Made by a program: the position numbers and the translations under genes
The notes under the pieces: generated by a model
What the model was told of the DNA's origin: nothing
Databases searched by the model: none
The model's input: the letters and a program-made list of their open reading frames with translations, nothing else
Shown: positions 38,335 through 51,816 of the stretch, one piece after another
Numbering within the stretch: the stretch's first letter is position 1
Layout: each line of letters starts with the position of its first letter
DNA from: Octopus sinensis
Taxonomy: Eukaryota
Assembly (NCBI RefSeq): GCF_006345805.1
Contig: NC_043004.1
Coordinates: forward strand, 12,338,001 to 12,402,000
DNA: 64,000 nt
Direction of reading: 5' to 3'

Positions 38335-39082
38335 TGATGATGATGATTTGTAATGTAGGCATAAGGCCAGAGGTCTTAGTGGGATGGAGATAATCAATAC
38401 CCTCGACAACAGTGTTTGATTTGTACTTTATTTTATCGATCCTCAAAAGGATGAAAGACAAAATTGACAAAGGCTTCGCGTGTTTCAGAAAATGAAAAAA
38501 AAAAACAACATATTACCAGCTTTGTAGCGGTCAGGTGACTCATCTTGTGCGTGAATGTAACACGAAAACACCAAAACAGAACAAGGATATGTTCGTGCGA
38601 GACGCGGACGCAAGGTATGCGTTTGTCAATGAATAGCTGTATAGTTCGATGTCTAACTCATATTATGGTGATCAACGGTATTGTATACATGACAAACACG
38701 TGCTTTATATCATCATCATCGTCATCGTCATCAACATCATCATGATCTTTGTCCTTGTCCTCTTCATCATCATATTAATAATGATAATAATAATAATGAT
38801 AATAATAATAATAAGCAATTGAGATGGAATTTTCGAATGAGAAGATAAAAGAGTATGAAAGGATATTTGAGAAAGTGATAAGAAAAGAGGGACTTTTGAT
38901 TGGAGATGATAGGTGAAGGACAGGTAAGTGATGCTGGCGGATGGGGCCGTCAGCATCGCTTTCATATTATCACTATCATTCTAAAAATTCATTCTCCATA
39001 CTAGTAATTATAATGTTCTATGTCCCCAATGTTTTGTGGTGTCCCCTCTGTGTCGCCCCTAGTGGGTAATAAAGAAAGAGAA

Positions 39083-39144
<62 letters not shown>

Positions 39145-39164
39145 TAATAAATAATAACAATAAT

Positions 39165-39530
39165 ATTCTAATTGATGTATCAATACCAGCAGATGACAAC
39201 GTGTCTCTAAAATAAATGGAGAAACTTTCAAAATACAAAGACCTGGAAATAGAGGTAACCAGAATGTGGAATCTAAAATCAGAAACGATTCCTATCATAG
39301 TAGGTGCATTAGGCATGATAAAAAAATATTCAGACAAATACATAACAAAAACACCAGTACTTACAAATATATATAACATACAGAAAATTGCACTACTGGG
39401 CATTGCACACATCCTACGCAAAACACTTTCAATGCAGTAACCATAAGAGCATCACAGCAAACAACAGCACATACCCAAGGCACACAGAGCTGCGCTCGGC
39501 AGTGAAGTGAAAGCACGCTATAAAAAAAAA
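39165..39530 (+). mobile_element. R4/Dong-like RLE 3' fragment, subfamily B
   Basis: LIDVSIPADD...EKLSKYKDLEIEVTRMWNLKSETIPIIVGALG; (TAA)n flanks. Confidence 0.85.
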
Positions 39531-39532
39531 TA

Positions 39533-39603
<71 letters not shown>

Positions 39604-39647
39604 AAGAAGAAGAAGAAGAAGGAGGAGGAGGAGGAGGAGGAGGAGGG

Positions 39648-39870
39648 CAACAGCAAATATTCTGCTCAGTACCACAGATGTGCTTGTCAGTTGTTTGACC
39701 TTAACCAGTTGAGCATGTCCCTCAGTGGCTGACGATATGTGCATCTCTGATCACGAGCAGAAGTAGTGGGGAGGGGCATCATAGCCGTGTGTTGAAAGGA
39801 ATTCTTGGAGGTCTGGATAATTCACCTTTGGAAACATGACTGGTTCGTTCAACATCCTTAAACAAAATAG
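39648..39870 (+). mobile_element. Unclassified repeat (partial copy of the 13.9/44.8-kb element)
   Basis: High sequence similarity to the other two copies. Confidence 0.75.
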
Positions 39871-39874
39871 TTTG

Positions 39875-40260
39875 AATATTAGAAGGCAACCTTGAAAAAA
39901 ATATTTTTCGACGTAGAGGACCGTCAGCGGATTTACCGCTTAACTCTCTCAATCGTCGCAAAAATTCTGAAGGAGTTCTATCTCTAACTCTTCGTCTGCC
40001 ATCAGTTCGTTGAAACGACTTTCCTCCCTTCTAGTGTTTCTTCTTAAAATTTCTAACTTAACAGACCCATAAGTGGCGTCTGGACAAGGATCTGTAATAA
40101 GATCTCTGGCAGTAGTTGCATGTTGTGGAGGTATACAACTATAAAGGAGTTGCAACTGCTGCTCAGAAGAAACACTATGTGCACAAAAATATGCCTCCAG
40201 TTGTGCAAACCAAAGTGTTGCATCTCCTGTGAAAATGGGTAATGATGCCAGAGACATTTT
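39875..40260 (-). pseudogene. Ty3/gypsy-type gag N-terminal relic
   Basis: LPIFTGDATLWFAQLEAYF...ARDLITDP..ATYGSVKLEIL..EEL..LRRLREL..IFFSRLPSNIQTIL. Confidence 0.75.
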
Positions 40261-40894
40261 GTTGTTTTTTAATTTTAATAAATGAGTCTGTCAAAGGAAG
40301 GGGAAATAAAAACGAATGAAAGTTGAACTGACGCAAAAGAAAAAGGAACAAAAATAAATAGAAATTAAAACAAGACCAGCAATTAAACCAACAAACTTGT
40401 TCTATGTGTACAATTTACCAAAAAAAATATGTTTTTTTGTACTGTATGCACAGAGAATAAATAAATTTTTTTTTTTTATTTACCACAACCTTCGTCGCGT
40501 CTAAAAAATATTCTTTTGTCGTGTGTGTGTGCTAATATGAAAATTTTTTTTTTATGTTATGTATTTTAAACTGTATATTCTTAAGTTGGACTGCCTGTTA
40601 TGCTTGGTGCAAGGATCACACTAACAGCTTAAGTAAAATTTTCTGTGGACGATGGAATGGCTGTCAAATGCTTGAGACGACCTAAAATTGTTGAACGATG
40701 ATGATGACGGCGGCGGAGATGGTGGTTGACTGACTGGTTCAGACTCGGTAGAAACTGGATCTTGGTTGAGTGTTCTATGGTCAAGGACCAGACTCGGTGT
40801 CACCACTGTAAAGGTACTGTCTAGAACAGGTTGTGTCTTTTTTTTCACTGTTTGGGTGCAACACAATTTCCTTCTTTGTTTCCAAAAACTACCG

Positions 40895-41280
40895 GCGTCA
40901 GGAACAAGAAAGCAACCTTAGAAAATATGACACTTTATTTCGTTATTTACATAAAGAAGGCACGCTGGTAAATTGGTAACCACTTGGTGTAGGTACAGCA
41001 AGACTGAAGTTGAACATTTGTAAAGATAAACCTCACAACAACTCCAGCAGCAACAGAGCCGGTCAAATCCCAAGCGTCTGGGACAGTAGCATAGGCTTAT
41101 AACACGTTAAACACGTCTTCTCTCTTTAATAGCCGTGTCTCAAGTCACCGACGCTAACAAGGAACGCGACAGAATTTTTTTCCCCAGTTTTTAGTGCATG
41201 TGCATGAGGGAACTTCTTTAGGCCTTTCCAGAAGGTTCCAGCCCCGCACACGCACAATGAAGAATGACGTCACTACAAGT
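40895..41280 (-). repeat. Putative LTR of the gypsy-like relic
   Basis: Begins TGTAGTG on the minus strand with AATAAA near its end, upstream of gag; no second LTR or clear PBS found. Confidence 0.3.
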
Positions 41281-43234
41281 TGAACGAACAAGGCCCGTTA
41301 TTTCGAGGAAGGTGGAACATTGGTTACATCGACCCCAGTGCTCAGTCGACCCCGAAAGGATAAAAGGCAGAGTCGACTTCGGTGGCATTATTACATAGAA
41401 CATAAAGACGGACGAAATACCGCTAAGCAGAACATCCCAGAAGCAAGAAACCATTAATTGAACATTGCTCGAGGCTAATAAGATTATCCATATGAAGTCA
41501 ATCAAGCAATACCAAAGTTATGTAATCACTATAAACCATGAACCCGAAAACATGTTCCGTCTTACGAGAATGAAGGACAACCCAGAATAAAGATGACACC
41601 TCATGCTGTAACAGATCCACAAATAAGAATATCATGGCCGAAACCGAAGGATAATCTGCACACACACACACACACACACTGGCACACAAACAAACAAACA
41701 AACACACACACACATACACACACAACATGCATCTATCTATCCATCCATTGATCGATCCATCCATCCATCGATCTATCTATCTATCTCTCTATCGATCGAT
41801 CGATCGATCTATTTATCCATTTACCTATCTAACTATCTATCTATTTATCTAAATCTATATCAATGCATCTATATACATATATACATACACATGTATAAGC
41901 GCGCACAGGCACACACATACACACGCATATATATATACAGATATACACGCAAACATACGCATGCTTATTGATAGACACGCACACACACGCATGATAACAC
42001 TTATATGCGTGTGTGTGTGCGTGTGCGTGTATGTAATGTACATGTACGTACATACACATATGTGTGTACATATATATATATGTGTGTGTGCGTGTATATA
42101 TATATGTGTGGCGGGGGGATGCAATGGTTGTTTGTTAACGGGAAGGACTGGTTAGGTGACTCATTGTAACTTAAAAGTTGTTGCAAGCCTGACTCATGCC
42201 CCGACTAGAGAGGTTGGGGTCGTGAACTTGTCAGTTGTTGAATCATAGTCTCAAATATTCAATAGCGACTGTTTGTAAGAGTATTTGAGGAACTAAAATA
42301 GAATAAAATAAAATTGAAATGAAATAAAATAGAAATAGAAATGGAATAGAATAGAATAGAGCAGGAAAAAAAAATAAAGCAAATATATTGACGTTGTTAG
42401 TGTTGTCATATAAGACCATATTATGTTGATTAATGATACTAAAGGGAAGAGAAAAAAGCGGAATGGTGCAGAGGAGGAAGAAGAGGAAGAAGGGGAGGAG
42501 GACAGCGTCGATCAGAACGGTGGTGGTAGGTTGGCGGCAGGTGGTGGTGGTGGTAGGCGGTGGTGATGGTAGTGGTGGTGGTGGTGGTAGTGGTGGTGGT
42601 GGTGGTGGTGGTGGTAGTGGTGGTGGTGATCACGATCATGATGACACACGACGATGACAAAGACAACCGACGCCCGGAGCCACGGCGGCAACCGCAACGA
42701 AGATCACGACTGATGATGATGGTGGTGGTGGTGGTGATGATGATGATGATGATGATGTTCATGATGATGATGCTCATGAAGATGATGATGATGACGATGA
42801 TGATGATCATCATCATCATCATCGCCACCGTTACCACCACCACCACCACCATTGTCATCATCATCGTCATCATTAGACATCGACGACGACGATCAACGTT
42901 AATGATGACGAACTTGTTGACGATGATCAGAACCACGACCACAACCACGATTAAGACCACGACAGTGATGGTGATGGCCACGATGATGATCATGGTGGTG
43001 ATGATCATGATGATCGTGAGAAAAATTAGGAGGAGGAGGAGACGTATGACAACGCCTACGACCACAAGAATGATGGTGATGTCGATGCTGATTGTCGATT
43101 ACGTCGACCCTAGTTGAGCACTGGGATCGACATAAACGACTAAACTATCTACCTCTAAAATTGTTGGCTTTGGACCAAAACTTAAAGCGATTTTTATTAT
43201 TGCTGTTGATTTGACTCAGGTTCGGTCTTATTCC

Positions 43235-43500
43235 TGGTTGGATTTATGTGCATAGCGGGTTACTATCTGTAATTTTAGGTATCCACAAATTTTCAATGGT
43301 CCTTCAAGTGCTTCGAATCTTCCTGATAATTTTCCCCGTCCTTAAGAGGCAAACTTACTGTAGAAGTTCTACGGAGCATTTTATTCCAATCAGTTTCAAC
43401 CTTTTGTCTATAGTTTTGCTTACAGTTCCCATAGCACCAATTATTTAGAGACACAACCTTTTACACTTTTAATTTTCCAAGTTTTATTATCATTGTTATT
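43235..43500 (-). pseudogene. Old RLE LINE 3' end
   Basis: WKIK.VKVV..IIGAMGTVSK..L..IGI.CSVELLQ...L.TGKIIRK. Confidence 0.6.
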
Positions 43501-43599
43501 ATTCCTTCGTAACACAGTGTAGGTAAAAATGCACCCGAGTCTTTAGTCATCTGTCATGTCACAACAGGGACCTTAGACAGATGATACTTTCCTTCAGAT

Positions 43600-44792
43600 G
43601 TTACTGTATTTATTTTGAGATGATCTATGTTTCTTTCAATTCTAACATGGATTCCTAAATATTTGTATGTCTGGCTTTGGTCTAATTCTCTTATTTCATT
43701 GGCTTTATGTAGTGTGATGTTACTACACTTAACTAGTTTTCCTCTTTTCAGGGTTGCTTTGGGGCATTTTTCTAATCCAAATTTCACATCTATTTCTTTG
43801 GTAAATCCCTGTACTGTCTGTAGTAGTGTTTCCAGCTGTTTGTCATTTGTAGCGTATAGTTTTAAGTCATCCATATATAAAAGGTGGATGATTGTTTTGC
43901 CGTAACATTTGTATCCGCATCCAGTTCTATTTAGCATATCAGATAGAGGTGTCAGTGCCAAGCAGAAAATGAGTGGAGAGAGCGTGTCTCCCTGGAATAT
44001 TCCTCTTCTAATAGGGATGGCTTTGGTTTTCACGAGTCCCTCTTTTGTTTGGGGCTGTAGCAGTGTCTGCCATTTATTCATATAGTATCTTATGTAGTTT
44101 ATAATTGTTGCTACCTTGTTGATGGCTAGTGTTTCGAGGATCCACGTGTGGGGAATACTATCAAAAGCCTTTCGGTAGTCGATCCAGGCCATACTGAGGT
44201 CTTTCTTCTGTCTGCGGCCGTCTTCAGTTATGGCTTTATTGATCATTAGCTGATCTTTACAGTCATATGAGCCCTTGCAACATCCCTTCTGCTTTTCTGG
44301 AAACAGGTTGTTTTCTTCCAGATGCTTGCTCAATCTTTACGATATTACTGCAGTAAAGGCTTTGTACATTATAGGGAGACAGGTTATAGGTCTGTAGTTT
44401 TCTGGTTTTGCCGTTTCATTGGATTTAAGAATTAGGATAGTTTTTCTCTTTCGTGAGCCATTCAAGCATTGTCTCTGGCTCTGCTAGTATGTCGTTAAAG
44501 TTTTCAGCCAGCTTTTTGTGCATTCCTGTTCGATACTTTAACCAGAAGTTGGGGAACTTGTACCCAGGTTCCTTCCAGTTGCTTAGACTTTGCAGTGCCT
44601 GGGTGATCTCTTCAGTTGCTATAGGGGTCCAGAGTTGTTCAGGTGCTAAGTTCGTAGTTTTAATAGTCCTTTTCTGAAGTTGTTCATTCGCCGACCATAT
44701 TTCTTTCCAAAATTCTTCCACTTCTGCTGTTGGTGCTGCAGTGATGCCTATTTTATTTTTGCCAAATTCTTGGTAGAGTTTTGGGGGTTGGA

Positions 44793-44795
<3 letters not shown>
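43600..44795 (-). mobile_element. R4/Dong-like LINE reverse transcriptase fragment
   Basis: WIDYRKAFDSIPH, RGIFQGDTLSP, HLLYMDDLKLY, KFGLEKC and YKYLG motifs; 5' end abuts (TAA)n. Confidence 0.92.
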
Positions 44796-44832
<37 letters not shown>

Positions 44833-44834
<2 letters not shown>

Positions 44835-45392
44835 GAGTGAGAGAAAAGTACATGCCATCAAAGTGACACTGGGGTAAAATATATGAAGCCCAGTATACCC
44901 ATCATGACTACCCGTCTGACAAGGGTACACCAGACACATGCATCACAACCATATGTACGCGACATGGTGATCTCATATAAAGATAAAGAGCACATGACCT
45001 TGCAGGTGGGACAAAGTTAGAATTTTTTCTTCTGGTTGAGTAGCCCATCCCGCTCAAAAGGTCCCTGATAAAGGATTGTTTAAGGATGTTGAGCGAACTA
45101 CCAATGTTTCCAAAGGTGAATTATCCAAACCTCCAAAAATTCCTTTCAACATATGACTATGTTGCTCCCCCCACTTCTGTTCATGATCAGAGATGCACAT
45201 ATCGTCAGCCACTAAGGGACATGGTCAGCTGGTTAAGGTCAAACAACTGACAAGCAAATCCGTGGTATTGAGCAGAATATTTGCTGTAGCCCATCTTTTA
45301 TACCAAGACAAAATAATGTACCTGATAGCACTTCCAATCAGTTAAGATCAGAAGCCATGAGAGCCACTGTCAGGTACTGCATTAGGGCATAT
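44833..45392 (-). mobile_element. Unclassified ~550-bp non-coding interspersed repeat (longest copy)
   Basis: Reverse complement matches 13900-14350 and 39648-39870. Confidence 0.8.
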
Positions 45393-45428
45393 AATAATAA
45401 TAACAACAACAACAACAACAACAACAAC

Positions 45429-45519
<91 letters not shown>

Positions 45520-45890
45520 TTCAATGTTGAAATTTGGCTAAGGTCATCATCGTCTTTCATCCTTCTGGGTTCGATAAAATAAATACCAGTTGTGTACTGG
45601 GACCAATGATATCCACTCTCCCCTCCCTCCAAAATTGCGGGCCTAGTGCCAAAATTCGAAGCCATTATTATTATTATTTGATGCAAGACGGTGAGTTAGT
45701 AGAATTCTTAGCACGCCGCCCAAAATGCTTAGCAGTATTTCGTCCGTCTTTACGTTCTAAGTTTAAATGCCGCCGATGTCTAGTTACCTTTCATCCTTTT
45801 GCGGTCGATAAAATAAGTACCAGTTGAGCACTGGGGTCAATGTAATCGACTGGGGTCAATGTAATCCCTTCAAAATTTCAAGCATTTTAT
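45520..45890 (+). mobile_element. Two diverged SINE family 2 copies
   Basis: Body motif TTTCATCCTT..GG.TCGATAAAATAAGTACCAGTT; tail X at ~45620-45665. Confidence 0.7.
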
Positions 45891-46631
45891 TTATAGTAGA
45901 AGGAATTTTTATTAACAGATGAGATTTGATCGTGTACCAAATTTTTTTATAGTTTTTATCGACTACAACTGGAAGGAAAATATTTTTTGTATTATCCAAC
46001 AAAGAAACTCACAGAAAGTGTTGGTCGACAATTCTGTGTTGGGTAGTCTAACATGTAAGTCCTATCAACTTTGGACATAAGCGTATTTTTATGCTTCAGT
46101 TTACATTCAAATAATGATGGCTTCTCCTCGGAGAAAACACTACTCTAAAAATTGAAAAATGAATAATAACTACATGCAAAAAAAATAAAGAAAAAAAGTG
46201 AAGAAACGGAACAAATTTAATTTCACAGCAAGTGCTACAATTTGAAGAATACCGTTAACAACATCAACATCATCAGCAACAACAAGAACAACACCCATAC
46301 ATATCGCCAAAATAAACAAACCAAATTGAATAGACGAAACTGTTTTGAGCGACTCAGAAGAAACTGTCAAAAATTCTTATACAAGAGAAGCTAGCAAAAA
46401 AAGTGACGTGCAATACACACGGACACACACACACACACACACACACACATGCTCACACTCATTCACATACACACACACACACACGCTCACACTCATTCAC
46501 ATACACACACACACACACATATACACGTGGCAGATATACGTGATAAAGAAAACGCCACCCTGCTGGAAGTCTATATTTAAGAGCGTGTAAGGAAGAAATT
46601 CACCTATCTCCAGATCTCATCACGCTAACCC

Positions 46632-46683
<52 letters not shown>

Positions 46684-46949
46684 CAAAGAAAAGAAGAAGA
46701 AATTAACGTAATCGTCATCGACGCGGGAGCTATATCTCCTCTGTCGTGTGTGATATAGTTTTTGGAACCGTAAGCTTGATGTTCAAAACTTGACTTCCAA
46801 ACCGAATGAAAAAGCAGGCAGAGATGATAATGTGCATCTCTCCTTAGGATTACCCTCCTGTTCAGCGGATGATGCAATAGAAGGAATATTCTCAAAACCT
46901 GTCCTCTGTGTGCTTCGATCTGTCGTATTTGAGTTTAAATCATAGTTAT

Positions 46950-47105
46950 TAACTCCGCCTTCGCTGAAGGCGGAGGTATTGTTTTCAGTCGTGTTTGTTT
47001 GTCTGTTTGTCTGTCCTTGGACAATATATCCGAAGAACCACTGGATGGAGTCGGATGAAACTCACAGTGATGTTTGGCCTCGTGACTGGCACGAACTCAA
47101 TAGGT
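46950..47105 (+). mobile_element. Helentron-associated (DINE-1/HINE-like) element, 5' part
   Basis: Subterminal inverted repeat CTCCGCCTTC-GCT-GAAGGCGGAG followed by (GTTT/GTCT)n and GGATGGA(G/T)TCGGATGAAACT. Confidence 0.65.
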
Positions 47106-47124
47106 TTCTTTTTTATTGTTGTTT

Positions 47125-47585
47125 CGCTTATCGTCATCCTCACCTAAGGTCATGAATATTTGGTGCTGACCGGAAGAGTACGACAGCTAATTGAGACGGC
47201 CAAAATGGGGTTCCTCTGAAGGATTTCTGGTGTAATGTTGCTCGACAGGGTGTATAGCTCAGAGATCAAGAAATCTCAGGTCGCGATGCTACTTCACCAC
47301 AATGACTGGTCACAGCTTCCGTACTGTGGTTATGCGGTTAGACTGCCGTAAGAAAAGATCGCAGGGCAGATTATTTAAGCTGAGCCAACCAGCAGGAGAC
47401 ACAGAGGTAGAGCAAGAACGGGGCGGTTAGGCAGGACAGTTAGTCTAAGCTGGTCACGCTTGGAAATTCATCTAGAAAGTGTAATAGCGGTTGCTTCTAA
47501 TGGGACCCTACGGTGGAGGTACCCGAGTACTCAATCCCACCGTGACCCTTCCAGTAACAGTAAGCGGCGAAAATGGATGGATAAA
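47125..47585 (+). pseudogene. RTE-clade (Expander/Rex3-like) LINE C-terminal fragment
   Basis: GHEYLVLTGRVR..IETAKMGFL.RISGV.LLDRV.SSEI...SQL..GY..RLP...P.GR.RGR; ends AAAATGGATGGAT. Confidence 0.7.
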
Positions 47586-48914
47586 TGACTGAATATATAA
47601 ATGATTATCGCTTAGTCAGAAAGTAGGACGATGGCGAAGATGTTTTACAGGGTGGGCCTTTGAGACTGGTGAGCAAGAGGAAATTAAAGATGAAGATATT
47701 TTCAAACAAGGGACGCTATTCGAATGTTCGTAACAGAATGAGCTCAAGTAAAGCCACCCAAGGATCAGGTGGTGTTATTAAAACGAATGGTGGATTAAGT
47801 TTGCTGTTGAGTTCAAATTGTACTGTGATCTTCATAGTCACGGCAAGACTTGAACTCAAAACGAAACAAATACCATAAGACACTTAAATGATTCCGCCAT
47901 CCACCGACAAGCAGACTTGGTTTTGCCGGGATTTGAACTCGGAACGCTAAACGCCAGGATAAATAGTGCCAGGCATTTCGCCCGATATTCTATATAGAAT
48001 ATAGGACGTTTTGACACAGCCGTTTTGGCGCCGACTACTTGCCGTCGCTGATTCGACACTGACTTACTTGACATCCGACGTTTTATGTTTTTTCGTTCTC
48101 TCCTTCCTTTCCCTTCCGTTTCTCTGTTTATGTCAGTAAACATATTCCTCTTTATGAATATGAGAAGGAAAGTGCTTATGTAAATCGTGTTAAATTGATA
48201 AATTGTATTTCTCCCTCTCTCACACTTTTATCCCTATGTGTATATTTCTAGGTGCGTATGCGCACACGCGTGTGTGTCTTAAGTTTCAAAATATACTGGC
48301 ACTAAAAACAGGGTGAACGTCCAGTTAACTATGCCAAGTTGTCTGCATCCAAACAGCAACGCCAAATCGCCTCATTCTGGCCTATATACTTGTTATTCCT
48401 GCCATTGTTCTTTGACTACTAGATCAACCTTATTGAACTAATCTATGATGAAAATCATTTCAGTCATGTCCATCCGTTCTCTGTTGGAGGCAATATTCCT
48501 AATATATAAATATACCTAACTTATCTTTTCTATATTTAAGACAGTAAGAGCGGGAATTCGGTGAAATTTGGCTTCTATAATATATTAGCTTTAGAAAAAT
48601 CACGCACAAGCACTTCAGTTGATGTGGAAATAAAGGTTGACTGCTTGGGTGGAGACATGTTATGGTGAAAGATAAGAAATGTAATTTAGAGAGAAACAGA
48701 GAGACTGACAGACGGACGGGAAGGAGGGGAAGGGAAATAGAAAAAGAGGGTCAAAGAGAAAAAGAAAGGCTGAGAAGGTTTAGAAGGTTTAGAAACGGAT
48801 TTTTAAAAATATTATTGAAAATAGAATTTGGTATTTCGCAATGGGATTCTCTGTTTAAAATCTGAATATTCAATTTTGCAAACACCTTGAAAGAGCAAAA
48901 TGTTTGTCTCGTGT

Positions 48915-49263
48915 TCTATTATTACCCGTGTTTGTTTATTTGTTTGTTTTGTCCGTGGACAAGATATCTCAAGAACCGTCGGATGGATTCGGATGAAACT
49001 TTCAGGGATGTTTGGCCTCGTGTCTGGCACGAATTGGTTAGATTTTGGGATCGATTCAGTACCGGACAATGATTCTGGATTATTTTTCCTGTTTTTTTAC
49101 TTAATTTTTGAGAGCGCTCGGGTTCATTTTTAGTATTCTCGTTTGTGAGAGCAGTCGAATTTATTTAAGATATTCTCATTTAAAAAATCATCTCTGGCTA
49201 ATCTTTAAGAGGACGTTGGTGTTGCTTTGGCGAAGGTTTGCGCTCTCTGAGTGCTCTTGTTAT
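48915..49263 (+). mobile_element. HINE-like element, lacking the 5' end
   Basis: Same core as the 46950 copy; 3' end GGCGAAGGTTTGCGCTCTCTGAGTGCTCTTGTT with a short hairpin. Confidence 0.65.
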
Positions 49264-49282
49264 CATTATTATTATTTTATTG

Positions 49283-50002
49283 TCTTTGTACAGCTTCTAA
49301 CGCTGGAGATGTACAACGGTGTCAGCTGTTCACTACCAGTGAACTAAGGTAACACCTCTTAGTTTTCGAGCACCATCCGGAATATTCGAGCGGTTCCAAG
49401 CAGTGTTGTTTACTGTAAGTGCTCTACCCTTATTGGCCTCCCTATTTGTTCCATGTACTTCTCAAGATTTTTACTCGCTGTTCTCAGATCTCCGACAGTT
49501 ATTGGTACCACTACCACCTTTTTCAGCGACCACAACTGCTTAACCTCCCAAGCTAACCTGTCATATCTATCGACTTTTCTTTCTTCCTTGTCGCATACCT
49601 TGTTGTCAGCCGGGCATGCTTTATCTATGATCGAGCATCGTTTGTTTTCTTTCTCAATTAATACTATGTCTGGTTTCCTATTCTCTATCTCATGGTCGCA
49701 CTCAGTCATGAAATACCATAGGATTTTTGCATTATCATTTTCGATGATGCCTTCGGGTTTATGTTCGTACCACTCTTTTGCTCTTGTTGCAAAGTGTCCA
49801 ATGGACAATCCTTGCTGTATTGTCATGACGTCTCTTATATTCCTTCTGGGCTAGTGGCGTACATTGACAAGTAATATGCCATATAGTTTCACCATTTTCT
49901 CCACAAATTCTGCACATGTCACTTTATGATGTGTTGTCTATTCTGTATTTGATGTAATTTGTTCTTAATTCTTGCTCTTGGGGAGCAAAGATTAGAGCCT
50001 CA
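49283..50002 (-). mobile_element. R4/Dong-like RLE 3' fragment, subfamily A
   Basis: Reverse-complement homolog of 37125-37862; (TTA)n flanks. Confidence 0.9.
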
Positions 50003-50077
50003 TTATTATTGTTATTATTATTATTATTATTATTTTTATTATAATTATTATTATTATTGTTGTTGTTGTTGTTGTTG

Positions 50078-50115
<38 letters not shown>

Positions 50116-51071
50116 GTTATCAATTTCACCGAGGTCATCTTTGCTTTTCATCCTTTCGGGGTCGATAAATTAAGTATCAGTGAAACACTAGTGTCGATGT
50201 AATCCACTTATCCCCTCCCCCACTTATCCTCTCTTCCTGTTTCTGCTAATGATGTTGCTGCTGCAGTCTCTGTTTCTGCGGCTGCTGCTGTTTTTGTTTC
50301 TGCTTTTACTGATGCTGTTTCCAATGCTGCTGATACACTTTCTACTGCTACTATTGCTGATCTACCGTTGCTACTGCTGCTGCAGCTCTTTCTGCTGCTA
50401 TTGCTGTTTTGGTCGCTGCTGTTGCTCTTTCGGTGGTTGCTGTTGCTTTTTCAATTGCTGCTGTTGCTCTTTATCTTGCTGCTGTTGTAGTCGTCATATT
50501 GCTGTTGTTTAGCCTAAGTCAGCGTTGAGCGAGCAGACCCACGAACAAAGTTATTCTGCACATGACCGTCACGTTTTTTCCAGCATGCAGCGAACCCAGG
50601 TCTACATTGTACCCCCAAGGTACCCCTAAAGTGTCTCAATATACGCTTATCGTAAAAAGTTGTGTATGATTTGAGAGAAATTTGGTCGCCGTTTTTAGCA
50701 TGTCAAGCAACACATTGAGACTACCTCATTCGCTAGAAAATTTTCTGCTATTGTTCATTAGCTCCAAGTAAACCCTCATTAAGCGTATATGCGATTAAAG
50801 ACAATCCTGTTGCGACCATCCAGTGCGCTGGTATTTTTCACCCATACTGTATCTAACGCAACACTTTCTAAAGAGCCGCTCCGCCATCGTTGTGTTGTTG
50901 TTTAACCCTAGGTCAGTTCTGACTGAGCATAACTACGGTCAACGACCGTTTTGTCTTTCCTTTTTTGTCTGATTTTGTGGGTGGGTGGCTTAAGCTCAGT
51001 GTACCTTGGAATACACTGTCTTAAGACAATAGGTTGCGATTTGAGGGATATTTGTCTTATATTTATATCAG

Positions 51072-51425
51072 TCACTGAAATACGGCCATGCTGGAGCATC
51101 ATCTTTAAGGTTTAGTCGAAACAAATCAACCCCAGGACTTATTTTTTTTAAGTGTTGTACTTATACTATTAATTCTTTTGGCGAACCGCTAAGTTATGGG
51201 GACATAAACAAACCAACTCCTGGGGGACAAACACAGACACAAAAACGCACACACTCACAAACACACATGCACGCACGAACTTATACATGGGCTTCCACAC
51301 GGTTTCCGTCCACCAGATTCATTCACATGGTATTGGTCAGCCCGGTACGATATTAGAAAACACTTGCCTAAGGAGTCACATAGTGGAAATGAACCCGAAA
51401 CTTCATGGTTGCAAAACGAGCTTCT
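51072..51425 (-). mobile_element. SINE family 1, diverged
   Basis: Tail, middle and head all recognisable. Confidence 0.7.
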
Positions 51426-51816
51426 TCACAGAGACTCTCTTTGTCTGTCTGTCTCTGTCTCTCTGTCTCTCTCCTTCTCTCTCGTACACTATCACTTTTT
51501 GTCAAAACTAAAGGAATATTATGTGTTTGCTTAACGGATATTGTCTTTTTATTTATTTTTGTATTATCATTCAGAGAGAAATGTTGACAATTCTAATTCT
51601 GAGGAAATATCCATCGATTACAGACATTTATGGAAAAAGTGATTTATTTCTTCCTTCTAAATTCTAATCAAACAAACACGAAACTCAAGAAAGTTCTATG
51701 ATGATTAACGATGCTAAATATTTCTTTCTGTGTACGTGTTTCTGAAAATTCTCAGGGCAATCATTTGATTATGAATAATATTGTTATTTACTATTAATAT
51801 TAGTTGTATATAAATA

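Noticed and set aside
38917-38932. 14-mer ACAGGTAAGTGATG shared with the LINE ORF1/ORF2 junction
   Set aside because: An exact 14-mer match is expected by chance in a window this size, and the flanks are unrelated.
42433-43117. Long low-complexity ORFs (185-208 aa)
   Set aside because: (GGT)n/(GAT)n/(CAC)n trinucleotide clusters that are open in several frames; no coding signal.
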